A stretch of DNA of 64,000 bases from Acutalibacteraceae bacterium (lineage in GTDB: Bacteria; Bacillota; Clostridia; Oscillospirales; Acutalibacteraceae). Numbering within the stretch: the stretch's first letter is position 1; every line of letters begins with the position of its first letter. The translations under genes were made by a program, and so were the position numbers. The notes beneath the pieces were generated by a model, which saw only the letters and a list, made by a program, of their open reading frames with translations, was not told the origin of the DNA and made no database searches. Below are positions 9,822-16,646 of the stretch, piece by piece. The DNA is taken from positions 1,136 through 65,135 of the forward strand of contig JAZUAN010000059.1 in assembly GCA_045638005.1 (NCBI GenBank), written 5' to 3'.

Positions 9822-9850
9822 ATTATAACACACCGTTTTTCATAAGTCAA
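9822..9850 (-). promoter_or_regulatory. promoter of scfA-scfB
   Basis: Minus strand reads TTGACT, 17 nt, TATAAT. Confidence 0.55.
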
Positions 9851-9997
9851 CGCACAATTTGCGGTTCTTTCAAAGGGTTTTAACCTCTAAATGATATCTT
9901 CTTTACCCAAAATCGGATATTTTTTCGAAAAAAGAAAAATTTTACTTGATTTTATAAAAAGGATGTGCTATACTCATTCACGCATGAAAAATAATAT

Positions 9998-10074
9998 CCG
10001 GGTGTAGCGCAGATTGGTAGCGCGCTTGAATGGGGTTCAAGAGGCCGCAGGTTCGACTCCTGTCACTCGGACCA
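9998..10074 (+). tRNA. tRNA-Pro (anticodon GGG)
   Basis: Cloverleaf folded by hand. Acceptor CCGGGTG/CACTCGG, D arm GCGC-AGATTGGTA-GCGC, anticodon arm CTTGA-ATGGGGT-TCAAG, T arm GCAGG-TTCGACT-CCTGT, encoded CCA. Confidence 0.9.
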
Positions 10075-10080
10075 AGAAAA

Positions 10081-10113
10081 ACAGAGCACAGCAAATGCTG
10101 TGCTCTGTTTTTC
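10081..10113 (+). terminator. terminator after tRNA-Pro
   Basis: 12-bp stem acagagcacagc/gctgtgctctgt followed by a T-run. Confidence 0.7.
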
Positions 10114-10129
10114 TTTGTTTTTAGTAGAT

Positions 10130-10140
10130 GAGTCGAACCT
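10130..10140 (-). repeat. inverted copy of the tRNA-Pro T-arm segment
   Basis: gagtcgaacct is the exact reverse complement of 10049-10059. Confidence 0.6.
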
Positions 10141-10210
10141 CGTCACCCTTTAGGGTGACAGCGATTTTGCCTGCACACACTTGCTCCTTTGTATCATTTT
10201 GCGCAAAATC

Positions 10211-10236
10211 GTTCGACATCCTGTCACTCGGACCAA
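10211..10236 (+). repeat. second copy of the tRNA-Pro T-arm/3' end
   Basis: gttcgacAtcctgtcactcggaccaa equals 10051-10075 with a 1-nt insertion. It is followed by a 15-bp hairpin and T-run (10237-10278). Confidence 0.8.
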
Positions 10237-10280
10237 AAGTCCGTATCAACCATTGGGTTGGTACGGACTTTTCTTTTTGA

Positions 10281-10294
10281 ACAGGAGTCGAACC
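10281..10294 (-). repeat. inverted copy of the tRNA-Pro T-arm
   Basis: acaggagtcgaacc is the exact reverse complement of 10050-10063. Confidence 0.7.
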
Positions 10295-10316
10295 TTATGA
10301 AGGTCTGAGCGTTAAG

Positions 10317-10340
10317 AAAACAGTCCGGTGGACTGTTTTT
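10317..10340 (+). repeat. hairpin repeat, copy A
   Basis: aaaacagtccGgtggactgttttt matches 23/24 nt of 12827-12850. Weaker similarity continues for about 20 nt (agcg.a.agcg...). Confidence 0.75.
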
Positions 10341-10408
10341 AGCGAAGAGCGCGAGGCGGGCACCATTGTATAACAATGGTCGCCGAAGCGGATAGTATGC
10401 AAGGCGAA

Positions 10409-10444
10409 GCCGCAGCAGACGGCGACTCCTGTCACTCGGACCAA
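10409..10444 (+). repeat. third, longer partial copy of the tRNA-Pro 3' half
   Basis: gccgcag...cgactcctgtcactcggaccaa. The last 22 nt are identical to 10054-10075 and the first 7 nt to 10044-10050, with a disrupted T-stem between them. Confidence 0.8.
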
Positions 10445-10599
10445 TCGTCAGCGATCAATTTTCTACGTAGGTTTGCGGTTTTCGCAAACGTGCAACCATC
10501 GTCGGCCCGCTCGACGTTGTGCAAGATTTTCAAAAGTTCCTTTTGGATATTCAAGGGAGATATGAATAATAGCAAACGATAACATCTTTTCAAAAAAGA

Positions 10600-10628
10600 T
10601 TGCTTCTTGTTATTTACTGTGCTATAAT
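10600..10628 (+). promoter_or_regulatory. promoter of the R-M operon
   Basis: TTGCTT, 17 nt, TGcTATAAT (extended -10). Confidence 0.5.
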
Positions 10629-10660
10629 GAGTCGAATGTTGTTATTGTGAGGTATAAAGC

Positions 10661-11434
10661 ATGCCTATCATTTTCAAGAGCGAAGAAATGCGAAAGAAAG
10701 AACCAGTTGACAAATACAAAAATTCTATAATTTTAGGCGACTCTCTTGATGTTATGCGGAGATTGCCAACAGGTTCGGTTGACCTTATCATCACATCACC
10801 GCCTTATAATTTGAAAAACTCCTCTGGAAACGGCATGAAAGACGGTAGGGGTGGAAAATGGCAAAACGCTTCATTGATCAATGGATATCAAGAACACACC
10901 GACGATATGCCGTATGACGAATATTGCAAATGGCAAAGAAACTGTTTGCGGCAGATGCTCCGCCTTATTCCTGAGAATGGCGCTATTTTCTATAATCATA
11001 AGTGGAGAGTTCAACGAGGTTTATTACAGGATCGTTCTGAAATTGTAAAAGGTTTCCCTGTTAGACAAATTATTATTTGGAAAAGAAAAGGCGGAATCAA
11101 TTTTAATGCAGGATATTTTCTGCCAACCTACGAGGTCATTTATGTGATCGCAAAACCTGATTTCAAGTTGGCTCAAGGAGCCAATAAATATGGCGACGTG
11201 TGGGAGATTACACAAGAAATGAACAACCCACATCCTGCGCCTTTTCCAACAGAACTAATCGATAGAATCGTGTCGTCAACAAATGCCAAATTGATACTGG
11301 ACCCCTTTGCTGGTTCAGGCACGACGGGCGTCGCTGCTATGAATAATAATCGCGACTATATATTGATAGATAACAGTGAAAGGTATTGCGAATTAGCCAA
11401 GACGAGATTGGAAGGGGGCAATTGGAATGAATAA
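10661..11434 (+). CDS. beta-class DNA methyltransferase (SPPY motif; N4-cytosine or N6-adenine)
   Basis: 257 aa. Motif IV DLIITSPPYNL precedes motif I DPFAGSGTTG, which is the beta permutation. The gene is visibly AT-richer than its flanks. Confidence 0.85.
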   Translation: MPIIFKSEEMRKKEPVDKYKNSIILGDSLDVMRRLPTGSVDLIITSPPYNLKNSSGNGMKDGRGGKWQNASLINGYQEHTDDMPYDEYCKWQRNCLRQMLRLIPENGAIFYNHKWRVQRGLLQDRSEIVKGFPVRQIIIWKRKGGINFNAGYFLPTYEVIYVIAKPDFKLAQGANKYGDVWEITQEMNNPHPAPFPTELIDRIVSSTNAKLILDPFAGSGTTGVAAMNNNRDYILIDNSERYCELAKTRLEGGNWNE

Positions 11435-12512
11435 CGATTTACAGATTGTCGATGATGTTGTTCATAATAGCCCTTGGCGAAATGCGTATTGGTTCGCTCG
11501 CATGCTTTTGAACACAGATCAATATGCTGCTGTTGGCAAGAAGGAAGATTTTATAGAGGCGCTTGTCGGTAAACTCGAATCTATACTCGCTTGCAACGAG
11601 TTGTCGAATGATGAAAAATTTGCCGTTTGCCATGATATGTTGCTGAAAGAAATCCGAAATTCTGCGCGAACAGGAACAAAAGCAGCACTTGCTACCGAGG
11701 ACTTGGCTTTGGCATTAGACAACGAAATTAAAAGTCTTGAAGATATCGTTGCTTTTGTAATAACCGTTAGATATATTATTTTACCAACTAACGCGGCTCT
11801 TCGTCGTGTTCCAAGTGATGATGGAGTTTTTTGTAGAGAGACCGCACAAAGCATCCTTGACACCCTCGGAAAAACGCAAGTTGGTAAGGCGATCAGCGTT
11901 TGGGACACTCTTGGTGTTCGCGGTTGCCTTGATGCTGAAAGAACGGAAGTTATACACGAGTTTACAAAACTGCGTCATAATTTGAACGCTTTATCTATCC
12001 AACGTTCCGAGGTGGAAGATAACGCTATCCTGACTGCTTTTGTTCAAGAGTTTGAAAGACGAGCGGGGCAGAAAAGAAAGAGCCGAGCGGGAAACAGTCT
12101 TGAAGATGTCGCAACATTTTTGTTCAACTATTACAAGTTTGACTCTCATCCAAAACCTGACCATTTCCAAACGGATATTGAAGTTGATAAATGGTTCAAA
12201 TGCACAGACGGGTGGAGCATTGGCATCAGTTGTAAAAGGACGTTGAGAGAACGGTGGAAGCAAGTATCATCTGCCGATTCAAATGCTCTGTCGAGATACA
12301 AAATCAAGGAGATTTGGCATTTAATTACCTATGACAGAGATTTGAGCGATGATAAACTCACGATGTTGGGACAGCAGCGACAGATTTTCTATTTATCGGA
12401 TACAAGTGAAAGATATCGAACCGCTTCACAACACGTGGGCATGAGGGATTATGTTAGACCTTTAAGCCAGTTAATTGATGACATAGCGCGAGAGCAAGGG
12501 AAAAAGGTGTGA
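11427..12512 (+). CDS. putative type II restriction endonuclease
   Basis: 361 aa. ATGAATAA overlap with the methyltransferase stop. C-terminal block KSRAGNSLE...DIEVDKWF...ISCKRTLRERWKQ resembles PD-(D/E)xK type II enzymes. The N-terminal ~200 aa are unassigned. Confidence 0.6.
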   Translation: MNNDLQIVDDVVHNSPWRNAYWFARMLLNTDQYAAVGKKEDFIEALVGKLESILACNELSNDEKFAVCHDMLLKEIRNSARTGTKAALATEDLALALDNEIKSLEDIVAFVITVRYIILPTNAALRRVPSDDGVFCRETAQSILDTLGKTQVGKAISVWDTLGVRGCLDAERTEVIHEFTKLRHNLNALSIQRSEVEDNAILTAFVQEFERRAGQKRKSRAGNSLEDVATFLFNYYKFDSHPKPDHFQTDIEVDKWFKCTDGWSIGISCKRTLRERWKQVSSADSNALSRYKIKEIWHLITYDRDLSDDKLTMLGQQRQIFYLSDTSERYRTASQHVGMRDYVRPLSQLIDDIAREQGKKV

Positions 12513-12535
12513 GAGCAATCTCACACCTTTTCTTT
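12504..12535 (+). terminator. terminator of the R-M operon (first of two)
   Basis: aaggtgtgaga-gcaa-tctcacacctt followed by a T-run, overlapping the stop codon. A second hairpin and T-run lie at 12546-12584. Confidence 0.7.
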
Positions 12536-12631
12536 TATGGACTGGCCCGCTCGCTACTCATATCAGAGAAACGAGCGGGTTTTTATATCATTTTACAGTT
12601 ATTTACAATTGTTTACACTAAATAACACTAC

Positions 12632-12660
12632 TTGACTTTATAATAACACTGATCTATACT
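12632..12660 (+). promoter_or_regulatory. orphan promoter downstream of the R-M genes
   Basis: TTGACT, 17 nt, TATACT. Confidence 0.45.
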
Positions 12661-12795
12661 GAATAAGACCGCTCGACATTGTTTCAAGCAGTCAACTAAA
12701 CCAAAAATCAAGCGACCTTTCTCTGTCAAAAGAGAAAGAAACGTTACAGTTTCACAGTTGGAGCGCGCGGCTTTCTGATAATGCGCAGCATTATC

Positions 12796-12811
12796 AATGG
12801 GGTTCAAGAGG
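12796..12811 (+). repeat. exact 16-nt copy of the tRNA-Pro anticodon loop and 3' stem
   Basis: aatggggttcaagagg is identical to 10029-10044. Confidence 0.8.
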
Positions 12812-12826
12812 GTTTGCGCGGTCAAA

Positions 12827-12850
12827 AAAACAGTCCAGTGGACTGTTTTT
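12827..12850 (+). repeat. hairpin repeat, copy B (also acts as a terminator)
   Basis: aaaacagtccAgtggactgttttt matches 10317-10340. Confidence 0.75.
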
Positions 12851-12879
12851 CAGCGCAAAGCGGCGATGGCGTGGCGGCT

Positions 12880-12999
12880 ATGTCAAAATTCGAAATGTTG
12901 ACCGACGAGCAAAAGCACACTGGCAAATTTACGCGTGATATTCCTTCCGAGGCCGCAAATTTTAAGGTGTACTTTGATAAAAAAGATGCGTTTCAATGA
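12880..12999 (+). CDS. possible 39-aa hydrophilic protein
   Basis: MSKFEMLTDEQKHTGKFTRDIPSEAANFKVYFDKKDAFQ. Weak RBS. The stop is embedded in the hairpin and T-run aaaagatgcgtttc-aatg-aaacgcatctttttt. Confidence 0.25.
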   Translation: MSKFEMLTDEQKHTGKFTRDIPSEAANFKVYFDKKDAFQ

Positions 13000-13144
13000 A
13001 ACGCATCTTTTTTGCATTGTGCTGGTTCCCTTCTGAACCCGACCCGTGGGCGTAATTAAAATTGCGGGTGAGCACCTTGGAACCTTGTTGCTAGACAATA
13101 AAAAAATCGCTCATCTTTCGACAAGCGATCTCTTTACGACAGAA

Positions 13145-13423
13145 TTACTGTTCGCCGCGCATCTGAGCGAAACACTCGCTGCAATACACGGGACGGTCCT
13201 CACGGGGCTGGAAGGGAACTTTCGCTTCCTGGCCGCAGTTCGCGCAAATTGCGGTGAACATTTCGCGGGCGGGTCTGCCGGCATTCTTGCGCGCGTCGCG
13301 GCAAGCTTTGCAGCGCTGGGGCTCATTGGTGAAACCTTTCTCAGCATAAAACTCCTGCTCACCAGCGGTGAACACGAATTCGTTTCCGCATTCTTTGCAG
13401 ACCAGAGTCTTGTCTTCGTACAT
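13145..13423 (-). CDS. double CxxC zinc-ribbon protein
   Basis: 92 aa. CKECG...CKACR and CANCG...CSECF, two repeats of the ...EQEFY..KGF...P.RC type. Its own terminator lies at ~13100-13140. Confidence 0.75.
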   Translation of the reverse strand: MYEDKTLVCKECGNEFVFTAGEQEFYAEKGFTNEPQRCKACRDARKNAGRPAREMFTAICANCGQEAKVPFQPREDRPVYCSECFAQMRGEQ

Positions 13424-13546
13424 TGGATCTAACCTCGCTTGTTATTATTTGCCCTGCGACGAATCAACCGACCATTTTTACTAACGTTCTGATTAAGATG
13501 TCCGAGCATATCGCAAACGGCCATTTGCCGTCATTGCCAAAGTAAA

Positions 13547-14149
13547 TCAATGAAAGCCGTCCTTTGACAGCTTTTGCCGCACCCTTTGCAGAGCATTGTC
13601 CACGGCTTTTTCGGTAATCGCGAGCACCTTTGCAATCGTCTTGTAGCTGTTTCCCGCAAGATGCGCGGTGAGCACCCGATACTCGAGCGACGTCAGCCGT
13701 TTTCGCAACTGATGATACAGCCGCTGTGCCTCCTCGCGCTCAATCAGCAACGATGCAGGATCAGCTTGTCCCACATCAGGGATCGCAAAAAGTGCTTCGT
13801 CCGTTTCCGGTATCTCAAAATCACCGGCGGGAAGATGCCGCCGCACCACCGACAAAATCCGATTACGGATACAGGTAGCGGCGAAAGAGAAGAAAGCACC
13901 GACATCCGCCTGATATGCATGTACCGCAGCAAGCAAGCCAAGCAACCCTTCTTGCAACAAATCCTGCTCATCCAGACCGGGAACAGCCCGATACCGCATC
14001 GCAAGACCGTTCATCATCGGTGCCATTCGCTGCGCCAACAAATCAAATGCCTCACCGCTGCCTTCCGCAGCCATTGCCGCTAACGCAGCATCGCTTCTAT
14101 CTTCGGCAGGCGGAAACGCAGCCTTTTGCACATGTATCACCTCGGGCAC
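13547..14149 (-). CDS. sigma-70 family (group 4-like) RNA polymerase sigma factor
   Basis: 200 aa. Region 2-like DLLQEGLLGLLAAVHAY and a region 4 HTH (SYKTIAKVLAITEKAVDNALQRVRQKL). Confidence 0.75.
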   Translation of the reverse strand: MPEVIHVQKAAFPPAEDRSDAALAAMAAEGSGEAFDLLAQRMAPMMNGLAMRYRAVPGLDEQDLLQEGLLGLLAAVHAYQADVGAFFSFAATCIRNRILSVVRRHLPAGDFEIPETDEALFAIPDVGQADPASLLIEREEAQRLYHQLRKRLTSLEYRVLTAHLAGNSYKTIAKVLAITEKAVDNALQRVRQKLSKDGFH

Positions 14150-14404
14150 TTTCGCACTCTCTACGCATTCTACTACACTTTTATTTTTTTGTCAACTATT
14201 TTTTTAAAAAAGTTATTCAGGTTTTACAAAATATCCTATCATGTGTATATTTTTTTGCTATTTTCAACAAATTTCGATATTTCTTTTGCTTTCATCGTCC
14301 CCTTTGTCAAAAAAATCCGTCAGATGACGGTTGACATTCCGATCAATTTATATTAAAGTAATAAAGATATTGAAAATACTTCCTTACAAAAGGGGAACTG
14401 TTAC

Positions 14405-15826
14405 ATGGAAAACACAGCAAAAACTATGGAAAAAATCGTTGCTCTGTGCAAAAACCGCGGCTTTATCTTCGCAGGATCGGAGATCTACGGCGGTCTTGCC
14501 AACACCTGGGACTACGGTCCGCTCGGTGTGGAGCTGAAAAACAATGTCAAAAAAGCATGGTGGAAAAAATTTGTGCAGGAGAACCCTTACAACGTAGGGT
14601 TAGACGCAGCCATTCTCATGAATCCGCAGACCTGGGTTGCATCCGGTCACCTGGCAGGCTTCTCCGATCCGCTGATGGATTGTAAAGAGTGTAAAGAGCG
14701 TTTCCGCGCTGATAAACTCATTGAAGACTGGTGCCAGGAAACCGGCTTTGAACTGCCCAAGCCTATTGACGCGTTTTCGCAGGCTGAAATGAAGGAATTT
14801 GTGGAAGAGCACAACATCCCCTGCCCCACCTGCGGCAAGCATAATTTCACCGATATCCGTCAGTTCAACCTGATGTTCAAAACCTTCCAGGGCGTGACCG
14901 AGGATGCCAAAAACACCGTGTACCTCCGCCCCGAAACCGCACAGGGTATCTTCACCAACTTTGCGAATGTGCAGCGCACCACCCGCAAAAAGCTGCCCTT
15001 TGGTATCGGTCAGATCGGTAAATCCTTCCGCAATGGGATCACCCCCGGTAACTTCATTTTCCGCGTGCGTGAATTTGAGCAGATGGAACTTGAATTCTTC
15101 TGCAAGCCCGGCACCGACCTTGAATGGTTCAGCTACTGGCGTGAATTCTGCCATCAGTGGCTACTCGCCATCGGTCTCAAAGACGAGAATCTCCGTCTGC
15201 GCGACCACGATCCGGAGGAGTTGTGCTTCTACTCCAAAGCGACCACCGACTTTGAATTCTTGTTCCCGTTCGGCTGGGGCGAGCTGTGGGGCGTTGCTGA
15301 CCGTACCGATTACGACCTGACCCAGCATCAGAACACCTCCGGCAAAGATCTCACCTATTTCGATCAGGAAACCAACGAACATTACATCCCATACGTCATC
15401 GAGCCCAGCCTCGGTGTGGAACGCAGCGTGCTTGCCGTGCTGTGCGACGCGTATGACGAAGAGATTGTAGATGCTGAGAAGAACGACACCCGCGTGGTGA
15501 TGCGCTTACATCCCGCATTGGCGCCCTTCAAAGCCGCCGTGCTGCCGTTGTCCAAAAAACTCGCCCCCAAGGCACAGGAAATCTATGCGGAACTCGCAAA
15601 AGACTTCATGGTGGATTATGACGACGCCGGCTCTATCGGCAAGCGTTACCGCCGCGAGGACGAGGTCGGTACACCGTTCTGTATCACCGTTGACTTTGAA
15701 ACGGTCGGCGATGAAAACACACCCGCCGATAACTGCGTGACCGTTCGCGAACGCGATTCTATGGAACAGGTTCGTGTACCGATTGCCGAACTCAAAGCCT
15801 ATCTCGCCGAAAAGATCGCTTTCTAA
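14405..15826 (+). CDS. glyQS: glycine--tRNA ligase (alpha2 type)
   Basis: 473 aa. [24 protein letters not shown]-terminus and class II motifs. Confidence 0.9.
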   Translation: MENTAKTMEKIVALCKNRGFIFAGSEIYGGLANTWDYGPLGVELKNNVKKAWWKKFVQENPYNVGLDAAILMNPQTWVASGHLAGFSDPLMDCKECKERFRADKLIEDWCQETGFELPKPIDAFSQAEMKEFVEEHNIPCPTCGKHNFTDIRQFNLMFKTFQGVTEDAKNTVYLRPETAQGIFTNFANVQRTTRKKLPFGIGQIGKSFRNGITPGNFIFRVREFEQMELEFFCKPGTDLEWFSYWREFCHQWLLAIGLKDENLRLRDHDPEELCFYSKATTDFEFLFPFGWGELWGVADRTDYDLTQHQNTSGKDLTYFDQETNEHYIPYVIEPSLGVERSVLAVLCDAYDEEIVDAEKNDTRVVMRLHPALAPFKAAVLPLSKKLAPKAQEIYAELAKDFMVDYDDAGSIGKRYRREDEVGTPFCITVDFETVGDENTPADNCVTVRERDSMEQVRVPIAELKAYLAEKIAF

Positions 15827-15845
15827 AAATCGCATAACAAAGGAA

Positions 15846-15882
15846 AAGCCGGATGGTAGAATTACCATCCGGCTTTAAAATT
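15846..15882 (+). terminator. glyQS terminator
   Basis: aagccggatggta-gaat-taccatccggctt followed by a T-rich tail. Confidence 0.65.
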
Positions 15883-15894
15883 TCGATAATAATA

Positions 15895-15920
15895 AAAAAT
15901 CCCAATTTGTTGGGATTTTC
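15895..15920 (-). terminator. terminator downstream of the minus-strand small ORF
   Basis: aaaatcccaa-caaa-ttgggattttt read on the minus strand. Confidence 0.55.
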
Positions 15921-15927
15921 ATATTGC

Positions 15928-16056
15928 TCAGGTGGGCGGGATCAAAGAAGAGGCATTGATCAGCGGATCGTCGAAATCCAGCTCTGTTGTCGCAACTTCC
16001 TCTTGGAACATATAACGCAAGGATGTTACCACAGGGGAAACATACTCTTTTTTCAT
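15928..16056 (-). CDS. 42-aa peptide, paralogue of the 22292-22423 peptide
   Basis: Own translation: MKKEYVSPVVTSLRYMFQEEVATTELDFDDPLINASSLIPPT. It shares MKKxYxSP, T[ST]xxD[FI] and a C-terminal [LI]IPxT with the other peptide. The RBS is weak (AAAGAG, 12-nt spacer). Confidence 0.35.
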   Translation of the reverse strand: MKKEYVSPVVTSLRYMFQEEVATTELDFDDPLINASSLIPPT

Positions 16057-16180
16057 CTCGCAAAACATCTCTTTAAACAAGCAATTAAAGCTGTATAGAA
16101 AAAAGCACAAACTTTCACAAAAAAGTGAAGCACGCTATTTCTCGAAAAGCAAGTGTTTTTTAGTGAAACTGTATATAATT

Positions 16181-16627
16181 CTATCTTTTGCGTAAGGCGC
16201 GAAAAAAATCCTTTAATTGCGCGGCACAAGCCTCCTTGCAGATGCCGCAGGTGCATGCCGGTTTGTGATTATACGGCAAAGAAAACAAATCAACAACCGA
16301 GCCGCAAGATCCCGCCTTCGGGTCTGCGGTACCGACATATACATGCTCGATACGCGCATTGATAATGGCACCTGCACACATCGGACAGGGTTCCAATGTC
16401 ACGTACAGATCACAGCCGGACAATCTCCAACCGCCAAGCGTTTTGCAGGCATTGTCAATAGCCTCAATTTCCGCGTGAGCAAGCGCATTTTTATCCTTTT
16501 CACGGCGGTTTCTGCCGGTGCCGACAACCTCGCCGTTCTTCACGATAACAGCACCGACCGGCACCTCTTGTTCAGCGGCAGCCTCGGCGGCAAGTGAAAT
16601 CGCCAACTGCATATATGTTTCGTGCAT
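16181..16627 (-). CDS. tadA: tRNA adenosine(34) deaminase
   Basis: 148 aa with HAEIEAI and PCPMCAGA zinc motifs. Confidence 0.9.
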   Translation of the reverse strand: MHETYMQLAISLAAEAAAEQEVPVGAVIVKNGEVVGTGRNRREKDKNALAHAEIEAIDNACKTLGGWRLSGCDLYVTLEPCPMCAGAIINARIEHVYVGTADPKAGSCGSVVDLFSLPYNHKPACTCGICKEACAAQLKDFFRALRKR

Positions 16628-16646
16628 ACATACACCTCCGAGACAT

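Larger units (their letters stand above)
12667..12850 (+). ncRNA. candidate ~185-nt structured transcript (promoter to terminator, no convincing ORF)
   Basis: Hairpins tttctct/agagaaa (~12715-12740) and tgataatgc-gca-gcattatca (12773-12795), then a terminal hairpin and T-run (12829-12850). It contains the 16-nt tRNA-Pro fragment. Confidence 0.3.

Noticed and set aside
10075-10660. Protein-coding potential in the tRNA-fragment region (for example the 68-aa ORF at 10376-10582)
   Set aside because: It has no RBS, runs through tRNA-derived repeats, and has implausible composition.
10507-12691. A third repeat pair, ccgctcgacGttgt-gcaag (10507-10526) and ccgctcgacAttgtttcaag (12671-12691), immediately flanking the R-M genes
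   Set aside because: Only a 9-mer and two 4-mers are identical (about 17/20). A related gcccgctcg also occurs in the 12546 terminator stem. This is borderline versus chance for regions of this size, so it is not used as evidence for cassette boundaries.
14150-14404. Possible T-box leader upstream of glyQS (and likewise 19801-19979 upstream of DUF1934-argS)
   Set aside because: No T-box sequence (AAnnnGGGTGGTACCGCG-like), specifier-loop architecture or terminator/antiterminator pair is visible. The regions are just AT-rich promoter DNA.
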